From assembly GCA_035264865.1 (NCBI GenBank), contig DATFPJ010000032.1, forward strand, positions 1 to 51,280: 51,280 nucleotides of DNA, written 5' to 3'. The DNA comes from Solirubrobacterales bacterium. GTDB lineage: Bacteria; Actinomycetota; Thermoleophilia; Solirubrobacterales; 70-9. This document shows, piece after piece, positions 8,566 through 17,241 of this stretch. Position 1 is the first letter of the stretch. The number at the start of each line of letters is the position of its first letter. A program made the translations under genes and the position numbers. The notes beneath the pieces were generated by a model that made no database searches, had not been told where the DNA came from, and saw only the letters and a list, made by a program, of their open reading frames with translations.

Positions 8566-10101
8566 ATGGCGAGGAAGCTCGTCCTCGTGGTCGTAGACGC
8601 GATGCATCCCGAGATGCTGATGCGAGCCATCGACGAGGATCTCGCCCCGACCTTCGGCGAGCTGGTCGAGCGGGGGAAGCTGGTGACGAACTGCGTCTCC
8701 AGCTTCCCGTCGGTGACGCCGGTCGCGAGCTCGGAGATGATGACCGGCACCGGCCCGGCCGGGCACTGGGTGATGGGGATGAACTGGTACCACCGGCTCG
8801 AGCGGCGGTACATCGAGTACGGCTCCTCCTTCGAGGCGACCCGGACCTTCGGCCTCTTCAGGGCGATGTACGACCTCGTCTACAACATGAACCTCGACCA
8901 CCTGAGCTGGGAGGCGCAGACGGTGTTCGAGCGCCTCGGCGACGCCGGGATCCGGACAGCCACGACGCCTTTCCTGATCTACCGCGGGCGCCAGCGACAC
9001 CAGCTCAGCCTGGAGGGCCTCGCCCGCCGTGCCGCGGCAGCGGCGAACTTCCGCCACGCCGTCTGGGGTCCCGACGAGTTCTTCTACGGCGACCTCTACT
9101 CCAGCCGGCCGACCGACTGCGGACCCACCTTCACGCGGCCCGGCACCCGCGACGAGTACTCCGCCTGCGTGGCCGAGGAGCTGGTCCGCGAGGGCGCCTA
9201 CGACTTCCTGCTCTTCAGCCTGCCCGACAACGACTTCCACTCGCACCGCCACGGTCCGGACGCGACCGCCGACTCGATCGCCAAGGCCGACGCGATGTTC
9301 GCCCGGATCGTCGAGGCGGGGGGAGGGCTCGACCCATTCCTCGAGGACCACGCGGTCATCCTGACCGCCGACCATGCGCAGACCGCCGTCGAGCACGGTC
9401 TGCCGCTGGCGGATGAGCTCGCCGAGGACTGGGCAGTCCTGCAGCCGAACACCGACCGACCTGAGGAGGCCGAGATCGCGGTCAGCCCCACCTCCCGTGC
9501 CGGAGCGGTCTACATCCTCGACTCCGGAAAGCGGCATGCACGCACGCACGGGCGGGCGCGGCTGCGGCTGCGCGAACTCGCCGGCGTCGACATCGTCACC
9601 TGGCTCGCCACGCGGGACGGTGACCCCGTGCGCCGCAGCGGAGTCGGCCTCGACGACCCGGGCACCGTCGAGGCGGTGGTGGAGCGAAACGGTTACGAGC
9701 TTCGCTTTCGACCCGGTGGACGGCTGAAGGACGTGCGCGGCAGCTTCTGGTCGGTGAGGGGTGAGCCCGAGGCCCTGGCCGCCGACATCACGCGCGGGCG
9801 CTTCGAGTCCGAGGAGTACCCGGACGGGCTGGCGCGCCTTTGGTCGGCGATGACTTCGCCGCATGCGGGCGACATCCTGATCTCGGCGACCGAGGGATAC
9901 GAGTGCGTCGACTGGGGCGGGATCAGCCACGCCGGCGGCGGCAGCCACGGATCGCTGGGCCGCGGAGACTCGCTCGCGCCGATGCTGTTCGTCGGTTGTG
10001 GCCCGGATCAGCCGGGTAAGCGGCCGCAGTGGGCATTGCGGGATCTGGCACCGGTGATCCTCGAGCACTTCGGGGTGGACGGCGGAAGGCCTCAAGGATG
10101 A
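8566..10101 (+). CDS. alkaline-phosphatase-superfamily enzyme (nucleotide pyrophosphatase/phosphodiesterase-like)
   Basis: Internal ATG of track ORF 8416..10101. Contains VVVDAMHPE, FPSVTPVASSEMMTGTGPAGH (nucleophile Thr motif), PDNDFHSHRHGP, LTADHA and GGGSHGS. Confidence 0.8.
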   Translation: MARKLVLVVVDAMHPEMLMRAIDEDLAPTFGELVERGKLVTNCVSSFPSVTPVASSEMMTGTGPAGHWVMGMNWYHRLERRYIEYGSSFEATRTFGLFRAMYDLVYNMNLDHLSWEAQTVFERLGDAGIRTATTPFLIYRGRQRHQLSLEGLARRAAAAANFRHAVWGPDEFFYGDLYSSRPTDCGPTFTRPGTRDEYSACVAEELVREGAYDFLLFSLPDNDFHSHRHGPDATADSIAKADAMFARIVEAGGGLDPFLEDHAVILTADHAQTAVEHGLPLADELAEDWAVLQPNTDRPEEAEIAVSPTSRAGAVYILDSGKRHARTHGRARLRLRELAGVDIVTWLATRDGDPVRRSGVGLDDPGTVEAVVERNGYELRFRPGGRLKDVRGSFWSVRGEPEALAADITRGRFESEEYPDGLARLWSAMTSPHAGDILISATEGYECVDWGGISHAGGGSHGSLGRGDSLAPMLFVGCGPDQPGKRPQWALRDLAPVILEHFGVDGGRPQG

Positions 10102-10523
10102 GTCCGGCAACGGAGACTGCGAAGCGCATCGGCCGCGGCACGCTCAAGCCGGGCAACTGGATCCAGCTCCTCCAGTTCGGCCTGGTCGGCGCATCGGGGT
10201 ACTTCGTCAACCTGGCGATCTTCGCGCTCATGGTCGGCCCCGTCGGCCTCCATCACATCGCCGCGGCGGTGGCCGCCTTCTGCGTCGCGGTCACCAACAA
10301 CTTCTGGTGGAACCGGCACTGGACCTTCGACGCGAAGCACGGCCATGCCGGCTTCCAGGCGGCGCGGTTCTTCACCGTCAGCATCTTGGCGCTGGTGGTG
10401 AACCTGGTCGCGCTCGAGCTGCTGATCAGGGGCGGGATGGGCGACGTTCCCGCACAGGCGATCGCGATCGCGATCGCCATGCCCTTCAACTTCATCGGCA
10501 ACAAGCTGTGGACCTTCGACTAG
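10098..10523 (+). CDS. GtrA family membrane protein
   Basis: ATG overlaps the preceding stop (ATGA). Contains LQFGLVGASGYFVNLAIF, NNFWWNRHWTF and NFIGNKLWTF, which are GtrA signatures. Confidence 0.85.
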   Translation: MSPATETAKRIGRGTLKPGNWIQLLQFGLVGASGYFVNLAIFALMVGPVGLHHIAAAVAAFCVAVTNNFWWNRHWTFDAKHGHAGFQAARFFTVSILALVVNLVALELLIRGGMGDVPAQAIAIAIAMPFNFIGNKLWTFD

Positions 10524-12199
10524 GTCGACCGCTTGTCCTCGCAGTCCCGCTAGCGCTGATCGTCGCCCTGCTGCTGCCCGCCGCCACCGCGGCCGCTCAG
10601 CAGCCGATCTCCCAGACCCGGGCGATCGAGATCGCCAAGCATGACCCGAAGGCGGTCGCGGCGGCGCGAGAGCACCCCGACCTGAGCCCATCGGCGAGCC
10701 GGAACGAGGCCAGCCGACTCTGGGAGGTCGGATTCTTCACCGGCGACAATGAGGTCGTCCAGGTGGTGGTCGACCCGGCCGACGGCCACGTCGTCGAGTC
10801 GTGGACCGGCTACCAGATCGCCTGGAAGATGGCGCGCGGCTACCCCGGCGCGTTCGGCCGGATGATCAACGCGCCCTACATCTGGCTGCCGCTCTGCGCG
10901 ATCTTCGTGCTCGGGTTGCTCGACTGGCGTCGCCCGTTCCGGCTCGCCCACCTGGACCTGCTTGTCGTGGTGGCCGGGTTCGGGCTCTCCCACTACTTCT
11001 TCAATGAGGGGAACATCGGCCTCTCGGTTCCGCTCGCCTATCCACCGCTTGTCTACCTGCTCGCCCGCGCGCTCTGGCTCGGGTTCCGCCGGCGCCCGGG
11101 CAGCGGGCTGCGCCCCTCGGTGCCGATCGCCGTCCTCGGGGTGATCACGGTGGCCTTGGTGGCCGGCCGGATCACCCTCGACGTCGCGGACTCCAACGTG
11201 ATCGACGTCGGCTACTCGGGCGTGATCGGCGCGGACCGGATCGCCGATCGCCAGCCGATCTACGGCAACTTCCCGGAGGACGACCAATCCGGCGACACGT
11301 ATGGCCCGGTCGCCTACTACGCCTACGTGCCGTTCGAACAGGCCCTGCCGTGGAGTGGGACGTGGGACGACCTGCCCGCCGCCCACGCCGCCTCCATCTT
11401 CTTCGACCTCGCCACCATGGCGGCGCTGTTCTTGATCGGCCGGCGCCTCCGGCGCGGCAGGCGCGGCACGGAGCTCGGAGTGCTCCTCTGCTTCGCCTGG
11501 GCGGCGTGCCCGTACACGGCCTATGCGCTGGAGTCGAACACGAACGACGCGCTGGTCTCGCTCGGCCTCTGCGCCGCCCTGCTCTGCCTGACGTCCCCGG
11601 TCCCGCGCGGCATCACGCTGGCCCTCTCCTCGATGACCAAGTTCGCGCCGCTCGCGCTGGGTCCGCTGTTCGCGACGTTTGGCGCAACGGATACCGACCG
11701 TGGACGCGCGGCGACGGGAGCCGCCCGGCGATACCTCCGAGTCGTCATCCCCTTCACGTTCGCGTTCGCGATCACGATCCTGGTGGTCTCCTTCCAGGCC
11801 CTGCAGGACCCAGGCCTCTCGACCTTCTGGCACCGGACGATCGCCGAGCAGGGCGGCCGCGACTCGCCGTTCAGCATCTGGGGGCAGGACCACTCGCTCG
11901 GCTGGCTCCAGGCACTCGTGAAGGCCGCGGTTGTGGCGCTGGCGGTGCTGGTCGCGTTCCGGCCGCGCCGCCGCGATCACGTCACGGTGGCCGCTCTCGG
12001 GGCCGCGGTCGTGATCGGCATGCTGCTCACCGTCGACCACTGGTTCTACCTCTACATCCCCTGGTTCCTGCCGTTCCTGCTGATCGCGCTGCTCGCCGCC
12101 GGGACGGTGCCGGTATCAGAACCGCGGGCGGAGGCGCCGCAAGAATCAGTCGCGGCGGCGGAGCCACCGCTCCCAAGTGGGGCGGCTGCCGCCCGCTAG
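10508..12199 (+). CDS. GT-C-type (DUF2029/GT87-like) membrane glycosyltransferase with N-terminal PepSY-like domain
   Basis: Frame of track ORF 10307..12199. GTG 10508 gives a signal-like N-terminus (MDLRLGRPLVLAVPLALIVALLLPAATAAAQ). This is followed by a PepSY-like segment (AIEIAKHDP...VVVDPADGHVVESWTG) and then about 12 TM segments. Family call is by pattern only. Confidence 0.65.
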   Translation: MDLRLGRPLVLAVPLALIVALLLPAATAAAQQPISQTRAIEIAKHDPKAVAAAREHPDLSPSASRNEASRLWEVGFFTGDNEVVQVVVDPADGHVVESWTGYQIAWKMARGYPGAFGRMINAPYIWLPLCAIFVLGLLDWRRPFRLAHLDLLVVVAGFGLSHYFFNEGNIGLSVPLAYPPLVYLLARALWLGFRRRPGSGLRPSVPIAVLGVITVALVAGRITLDVADSNVIDVGYSGVIGADRIADRQPIYGNFPEDDQSGDTYGPVAYYAYVPFEQALPWSGTWDDLPAAHAASIFFDLATMAALFLIGRRLRRGRRGTELGVLLCFAWAACPYTAYALESNTNDALVSLGLCAALLCLTSPVPRGITLALSSMTKFAPLALGPLFATFGATDTDRGRAATGAARRYLRVVIPFTFAFAITILVVSFQALQDPGLSTFWHRTIAEQGGRDSPFSIWGQDHSLGWLQALVKAAVVALAVLVAFRPRRRDHVTVAALGAAVVIGMLLTVDHWFYLYIPWFLPFLLIALLAAGTVPVSEPRAEAPQESVAAAEPPLPSGAAAAR

Positions 12200-12975
12200 G
12201 AGGAGACCGGGACGAGGACCTGATCGATCCCACGAGCGAGCCCGTCGTCGCCGATCTCGATCGCGACGCCCATCAGCCAGACGTCCTCGTCGGCCGTGTC
12301 GAAGCGCACGGGCATCTGCGTCTTGAAGGCGCGTAGCGCCTGCTCGCGGCGCACGCCGATCACACCCGCGCGCGACCCGGTCATCCCGACGTCCGAGATG
12401 TGGGCTGTGCCGCCCGACAGCACCCGGGCGTCCGCCGTCGGCACGTGGGTGTGGGTGCCGAGCACGGCGGCGACCCGTCCGTCGAGATGCCAGCCCATGG
12501 CGACCTTCTCGCTGGTGAGCTCCGCATGGAAGTCGACCACGTACGCGTCGGCGGCGCCGGCGAGCGAGTCGAGCAGCTCGTCGATGGCCGTGAAGGGATT
12601 GCGCTCGACCCGGAGGTGCATCTGTCCCGACAGGTTGATCACGCAGACGCGCATTCCCGCCGCCTCGATGATCGTGTGGCCACGGCCCGGGTTGCCGGTG
12701 GGGAAGTTGGCCGGGCGGATGATCCGGCGATCGGACTCGAGGAGCGGATAGACGTCGCGGTGGCGGTAGGTGTGGTTGCCGAGCGTGATCACGTCGGCGC
12801 CGGCGTCCAGGATCTCCTTGGCGGTCGCCTCGGTGATCCCGACGCCGCCTCCGGCGTTCTCGCCGTTCACAACGACCAGGTCCGGATGGTGTTTCGCGCG
12901 AAGCTCCGGCATGGCGGCCGCGAGACCCTCCCTGCCCGGCTTGCCGACAACGTCCCCGATGAAGAGGAGCCGCAT
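12196..12975 (-). CDS. YmdB-like metallophosphoesterase (2',3'-cyclic-nucleotide phosphodiesterase family)
   Basis: Internal ATG of track ORF 12196..13098. Contains MRLLFIGDVVGKPGR, VVVNGENAGGGVGIT, LGNHTY, DFHAE and GTHTHVPT. Confidence 0.85.
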   Translation of the reverse strand: MRLLFIGDVVGKPGREGLAAAMPELRAKHHPDLVVVNGENAGGGVGITEATAKEILDAGADVITLGNHTYRHRDVYPLLESDRRIIRPANFPTGNPGRGHTIIEAAGMRVCVINLSGQMHLRVERNPFTAIDELLDSLAGAADAYVVDFHAELTSEKVAMGWHLDGRVAAVLGTHTHVPTADARVLSGGTAHISDVGMTGSRAGVIGVRREQALRAFKTQMPVRFDTADEDVWLMGVAIEIGDDGLARGIDQVLVPVSS

Positions 12976-13017
12976 GGGCGGGGGAGCGTAGAGCAGTGCG
13001 CATTTACCGGCTTCGTC

Positions 13018-13023
13018 TAGCGT
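13018..13023 (+). promoter_or_regulatory. candidate -10 hexamer (TAGCGT), 7 nt before ATG 13031 (leaderless geometry)
   Basis: A TANNNT hexamer with a 7-nt gap to the start codon. No Shine-Dalgarno sequence is present. Confidence 0.35.
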
Positions 13024-13030
13024 TCGCTCG

Positions 13031-13777
13031 ATGAGCCAGGGGAAGACGCCAGGCCCGGGGCGAGACGACGCCGTGCTCGAGGTGGACGGCCTCTCCAAGA
13101 GCTATGGCGAGCGCGCGGCGCTGCGGGAGGTGAGTCTCACGGTGGGCCGCGGCGAGCTGCTGGCGGTGCTCGGTCCGAACGGCGCCGGCAAGACCACGCT
13201 GCTCTCCATCCTCGCCGGGATCACGAAGCCGGACGGCGGTCGGATCAGCCGCTCGAACGGCCGGATCGGATGGGTGCCGCAGCAGGCCGGGCTCTACCGC
13301 CGGCTCACGGTCGACGAGAACCTCCGCCTCTTCGCCCGGATGGAGGAGACGGGCGACGTCGAAGGGACGGTCGAGCGCATGCTCGAGCAGACCGGGCTGG
13401 CGGACCGGCGAGGTGACCAGGTCTCCTCGCTCTCGGGCGGCAACCAGCAGCGGATCAACATCGCGATCGGGCTGCTCGGCGATCCATCGGTGCTGCTCCT
13501 GGACGAGCCGAGCTCCGGGCTCGACCCCAGCCAGCGGATACGGCTCTGGGAGTTCGTCGCAGGCCTCTCCGAGGCGGGAACCGCGGTGGTCTACTCGACG
13601 CACCAGATCGAGGAGGCGAGCCACTACGGGGACCGCCTCGTGGTCCTCGCCGACGGCGAGACGATCTTCGATGGCAGCTTCGAGGAGCTCCGCCGCGCCG
13701 CCGGACCCGGCCCGGAGGACGGGTCGGCCGATCCCGAGAACGACTTCGTCCGCTTCCTGCGCGAGCGGGGCCACTGA
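13031..13777 (+). CDS. ABC transporter ATP-binding protein
   Basis: Walker A GPNGAGKTT, signature LSGGNQQR, Walker B LLLDEPSSGLD. Confidence 0.9.
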   Translation: MSQGKTPGPGRDDAVLEVDGLSKSYGERAALREVSLTVGRGELLAVLGPNGAGKTTLLSILAGITKPDGGRISRSNGRIGWVPQQAGLYRRLTVDENLRLFARMEETGDVEGTVERMLEQTGLADRRGDQVSSLSGGNQQRINIAIGLLGDPSVLLLDEPSSGLDPSQRIRLWEFVAGLSEAGTAVVYSTHQIEEASHYGDRLVVLADGETIFDGSFEELRRAAGPGPEDGSADPENDFVRFLRERGH

Positions 13778-15132
13778 TGCGCTGGCTGCTTCTGAAGGAC
13801 CTGCAGCTGCTGCGCCGTTCACCGCTGGTGACCGGCCTCTTGGTTGTCTATCCGATCGTCCTGGCGGTGCTGATCGGTCTGGCGATCTCGCGAAGCCCGG
13901 AGAAGCCGCGGGTGGCCTTCCTCAACCAGATCCCGCAGAGCTCCGGCCTCAGCCTCGGGGATACCGGCGGTTTCTCACAGGAGGAGGCGCGCCACCGGCT
14001 CTGCGCGAACATCGAGTGCGTCTCCGCCTCGAGCCGGGGGGAGGTGGTGGAGAAGGTCAAGGACGGCGACGTCCTCGGCGGGCTGATCCTGCCCGCGGAC
14101 TTCCTCAGCAAGCTTCAGGCCGAGCTCACCACGAACTCGGCCGAGTCCGCGAAGGTCGAGGTGCTCGTCAACGAGGACGATCCGCTCAAGGCGCAGGTGG
14201 TCGACGACCGGATCAGCTCGCTGCTCAACCAGGCGAACCTGCTGCTCTCCGACAAGATCACCGACGTCGCGGTCAACTACGAGCGGCTTTTGGCGAACGG
14301 CGGAGAGTTCGAGATCCCGTTCCTCGGCCAGACGGTCCACGTGCTCGGCCTCGAGCGCTCCGAGCGGATCCTGCGCGCACTCGAGGGCAGCCTGCCGCCG
14401 GCCCAGCGAAGCCAGGTCGCGCAGGTGAGCGACTTCGCGCGCCTGGCGCGCCAGAACCTCGCGCTGGCGAACCAGCTGCTCTCCTCGATCCGTCAGCCGA
14501 TCGCCGTGGACAAACAGGTGGTCGCGGGCAGCGTCCCTCCCCTGGACACCTTCGCGGTGGCCGTGGCGGCTGCCGTGACCCTGCTGTTCGTCACCGTGCT
14601 GCTCGTCTCCGGCTCCCTGGCGCTGGAGCGAGAGGAGAACACGTTCACCCGGCTCACCCGCGGGCTGGTCAGCCGGACCGGCCTGCTGGTCGAGAAGTCG
14701 CTGCTCGGGACGGCCGCGGCGCTGGTCGTGACACTGCTCCTGCTGATCGCGATCACCCCGTTCGAGTCGATCTCCTGGAGTCGGATCTATCTGATCGTGC
14801 CCGCGATCCTGCTCGCCGGGGCGGCTTCCTCCGGCCTCGGTCTGGCGATCGGGGCCGCCGCGCGCGAGGTCAGGGCGAGCGCGCTGCTCGCCTTCGCCCT
14901 GGCCCTGCCGGTCGCCTTTCTCTCGCTGGTGCCCTCCGGGACGGTGGGCAAGGGCCTGCTGGACGTGATCCACGTGATCGCCGGCGCCTTCCCGTTCCGC
15001 CCCGCGCTGGACGCGCTCTCGGGCGCTATGTCGGCCTCGGGCCCGGATCTCGGCTTGCCGTTCCTGCATCTCGCCTTGCTGACGGTCGGCTACCTCGCGC
15101 TCGCGAGGCTGGCGTTGCGCAGGTTCGCGTAG
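13777..15132 (+). CDS. ABC-2 family transporter permease (large extracytoplasmic loop)
   Basis: ATG overlaps the ATPase stop by 1 nt. One N-terminal TM segment, a soluble loop of about 200 aa, and 5 C-terminal TM segments. Confidence 0.8.
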   Translation: MRWLLLKDLQLLRRSPLVTGLLVVYPIVLAVLIGLAISRSPEKPRVAFLNQIPQSSGLSLGDTGGFSQEEARHRLCANIECVSASSRGEVVEKVKDGDVLGGLILPADFLSKLQAELTTNSAESAKVEVLVNEDDPLKAQVVDDRISSLLNQANLLLSDKITDVAVNYERLLANGGEFEIPFLGQTVHVLGLERSERILRALEGSLPPAQRSQVAQVSDFARLARQNLALANQLLSSIRQPIAVDKQVVAGSVPPLDTFAVAVAAAVTLLFVTVLLVSGSLALEREENTFTRLTRGLVSRTGLLVEKSLLGTAAALVVTLLLLIAITPFESISWSRIYLIVPAILLAGAASSGLGLAIGAAAREVRASALLAFALALPVAFLSLVPSGTVGKGLLDVIHVIAGAFPFRPALDALSGAMSASGPDLGLPFLHLALLTVGYLALARLALRRFA

Positions 15133-15141
15133 GCCCGGCCC

Positions 15142-15147
15142 TAGAAT
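15142..15147 (+). promoter_or_regulatory. candidate -10 hexamer (TAGAAT), 7 nt before hemB ATG (leaderless geometry)
   Basis: TAGAAT at 15142-15147, ATG at 15155, no SD sequence. Confidence 0.45.
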
Positions 15148-15154
15148 CAGCCGC

Positions 15155-16141
15155 ATGAGCTTTCCGGCGACACGTCTGCGCCGGCTCCGCCGCACGGAGC
15201 CACTCCGTGACCTCGTACGCGAGACCGACCTGACGGCCGACCACCTCGTCCAGCCGCTGTTCGTCACGGCGGGGGAGGGGATCCGCGATCCGATCGAGAC
15301 GATGCCCGGCATCGAGCGCCTCTCGATCTCGGAGGCGGTCGCCGAGGTGACCGAGATCGCCGCCGCCGGCGTGCGCGCTGTGCTGCTCTTCGGCATCCCC
15401 GCCACCAAGGACGAGGTCGGCTCGGAGGCCTACGACGACGAGGGGGTCGTCCAGATGGCCGTGCGAGCCCTGAAGGAGGCCCACCCGGAGATCGTGGTCA
15501 TCACGGACGTCTGCCTCTGCGAGTACACCTCGCACGGCCACTGCGGCATCGTCCGCGGAGGCGACGTCGACAACGACCTGACCATCGAGCTCTTGGCCAA
15601 GACCGCGATCTCCCACGCCGCCGCCGGAGCCGACGCCGTTGCTCCCAGCGACATGATGGACGGGCGAGTGGGGGCGATCCGCAGCCAGCTCGACGAGGAG
15701 GGACACTCCGACGTCCCGATCGTGGCCTACAGCGCCAAATACGCCTCCGCTTTCTACGGCCCCTTCCGCGAAGCGGCCGGGTCCACGCCGGAGTTCGGCG
15801 ACCGCCGCGGATACCAGATGAATTCGGCGAACGCCGACGAGGCGGTGCGCGAGGCGAAGCTCGACCTCGAGGAGGGCGCGGACGTGATCATGGTGAAGCC
15901 TGCGCTGCCCTACCTGGACGTCGTCCGGAGGGTCAAGGACGCGACGGGGGCGCCGCTCGCCGCCTATCACGTGGGCGGCGAGTACTCGATGCTGAAGGCG
16001 GCGGCCGCGAACGGCTGGATCGACGAGCGCGCGGCGGCGATGGAGTCGCTGATCTCGATCCGGCGCGCCGGCGCCGACATGATCATCACCTACTTCGCGA
16101 AGGACGCCGCCGCCTGGCTCGCAGAGGCGGCTCGCCGGTGA
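15155..16141 (+). CDS. hemB: porphobilinogen synthase (delta-aminolevulinate dehydratase)
   Basis: Contains RLRRLRR, LVQPLFV, the Cys-rich metal site DVCLCEYTSHGHCG, and VKPALPYLD. Confidence 0.95.
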   Translation: MSFPATRLRRLRRTEPLRDLVRETDLTADHLVQPLFVTAGEGIRDPIETMPGIERLSISEAVAEVTEIAAAGVRAVLLFGIPATKDEVGSEAYDDEGVVQMAVRALKEAHPEIVVITDVCLCEYTSHGHCGIVRGGDVDNDLTIELLAKTAISHAAAGADAVAPSDMMDGRVGAIRSQLDEEGHSDVPIVAYSAKYASAFYGPFREAAGSTPEFGDRRGYQMNSANADEAVREAKLDLEEGADVIMVKPALPYLDVVRRVKDATGAPLAAYHVGGEYSMLKAAAANGWIDERAAAMESLISIRRAGADMIITYFAKDAAAWLAEAARR

Positions 16142-17241
16142 ACAAGCCCCCCGACGGGATCACCACCGCGGCAGCGACGCCCAAGCTCCGCTCCCGGAAG
16201 GGCGGCGCGGCCGTCCCTCTGGACGAGACCGACAAGCACCTGATGAACCTGCTCCAGTCGAGCTTTCCGCTCGAGCCGGAGCCCTTCGCGCTGATCGCCT
16301 CCGAGGCGCAGCTCACCACCGACGAGGTCAAGGACCGCACGCAGCGGCTCCTGGACGAACGCATCATCCGCGAGATCACGCCGATCTTCGACACGCGCGC
16401 GCTCGGCTACAGCTCGATGCTCGTGGCGGCCAAGGTCGACTCCGAGAATCCGCAACGCGCCGCGAAGATCATCAACTCTCACCCCGGCGTCTCGCACAAC
16501 TACCTGCGCACCCACGAGTTCAACCTCTGGTTCACGATCGCGACCCCGCCGGACTCGGAGCTCGGCCTTGAAGGGACGCTGAGGGTCCTTCAGGACCTGA
16601 CCGGCGCGGAGTCGATCCGCCAGCTGCCGACGCTCCAGCTCTTCAAGATCAACATGAACCTCGAGATGAAGGGCGGCACCGAGGAGCTCGCCGCCGCGGT
16701 CGAGGCCGCCCCGCCCCGCGAGCTCGAGCGCCAGCCCTACGACGAGACCGACGTCGCCGTGATCCGCGCGCTCCAGGGTCCGATGGAGGTCACCGATCGG
16801 CCCTACGACGCCGCCGCCGCGGAGGTCGGGATGAGCACCGATGAGCTCCTTCGCCACCTGCAGGGGATGGTCGAGCGGAAGCTTTTGCGCCGCGTCGCCG
16901 CGATCCTCTACCACCGCCGCGCCGGCTTCTCCGCAAACGGGATGGGAGTCTGGAAGGTCCCCGAGGACCGGATCCTCGAGGTGGGGGCCCGGATGGCCGC
17001 CGTGCGCGGCATCTCGCACTGCTATCAGCGCCCGACCTACGAGGACTGGCCGTACAGCGTCTTCACGATGGCCCACGGGCGCTCGAAAGAGGAGTGCGAC
17101 GCGATCCTCGACGGGATCGCCGATCAGCACGATCTGCACGGCGACGACCGCGCGGTCCTCTATTCCTCGACGGAGTTCAAGAAGGTCCGCCTCCACTACT
17201 TCACGGACGAGTACGCGCGCTGGGAGGCGGAGCACACCTGA
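16138..17241 (+). CDS. fused AhbA/AhbB (NirD/L-like) siroheme decarboxylase
   Basis: Two tandem Lrp/AsnC-like modules, each ending in the family signature (HPGVSHNYLRTHEFNLWFT and RGISHCYQRPTYEDWPYSVFTM). GTG start overlaps the hemB stop (GTGA). Confidence 0.8.
   Translation: MNKPPDGITTAAATPKLRSRKGGAAVPLDETDKHLMNLLQSSFPLEPEPFALIASEAQLTTDEVKDRTQRLLDERIIREITPIFDTRALGYSSMLVAAKVDSENPQRAAKIINSHPGVSHNYLRTHEFNLWFTIATPPDSELGLEGTLRVLQDLTGAESIRQLPTLQLFKINMNLEMKGGTEELAAAVEAAPPRELERQPYDETDVAVIRALQGPMEVTDRPYDAAAAEVGMSTDELLRHLQGMVERKLLRRVAAILYHRRAGFSANGMGVWKVPEDRILEVGARMAAVRGISHCYQRPTYEDWPYSVFTMAHGRSKEECDAILDGIADQHDLHGDDRAVLYSSTEFKKVRLHYFTDEYARWEAEHT

Noticed and set aside
8422-10110. 562-aa - strand ORF antisense to the NPP-like gene
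   Set aside because: No recognisable motifs and a low-complexity Arg/Gly/Pro composition. The + strand frame carries clear alkaline-phosphatase-superfamily motifs.
10458-10478. Tandem GCGATC repeats (gcgatcgcgatcgcgatcgcc) as a possible repeat array
   Set aside because: It encodes AIAIAIA inside a GtrA transmembrane helix. It is too short and has no spacers, so it is not a CRISPR or VNTR-type feature.
10550-12040. 496-aa - strand ORF antisense to the GT-C gene, plus overlapping + frame 11350..12336
   Set aside because: These are shadow frames of a hydrophobic membrane protein gene. Their products are highly charged and Arg-rich, with no domain signatures.
12891-12904. Second parS-like sequence GTTTCGCGCGAAGC
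   Set aside because: Only 11/14 identity to the parS core, with mismatches in the central CACGTG. It lies inside the ymdB-like CDS and is likely chance in GC-rich DNA.
14505-14513. DnaA-box-like 9-mer (reverse complement TTGTCCACG)
   Set aside because: A single 8/9 match inside the ABC-2 permease CDS. No cluster and no AT-rich unwinding element, so it is not an origin.
13413-15408. 581-aa + frame (13413..15158) and 477-aa - frame (13975..15408) over the ABC-2 genes
   Set aside because: Alternate frames of well-supported ABC ATPase and permease genes. Composition is Arg/Pro/Gly-dominated.
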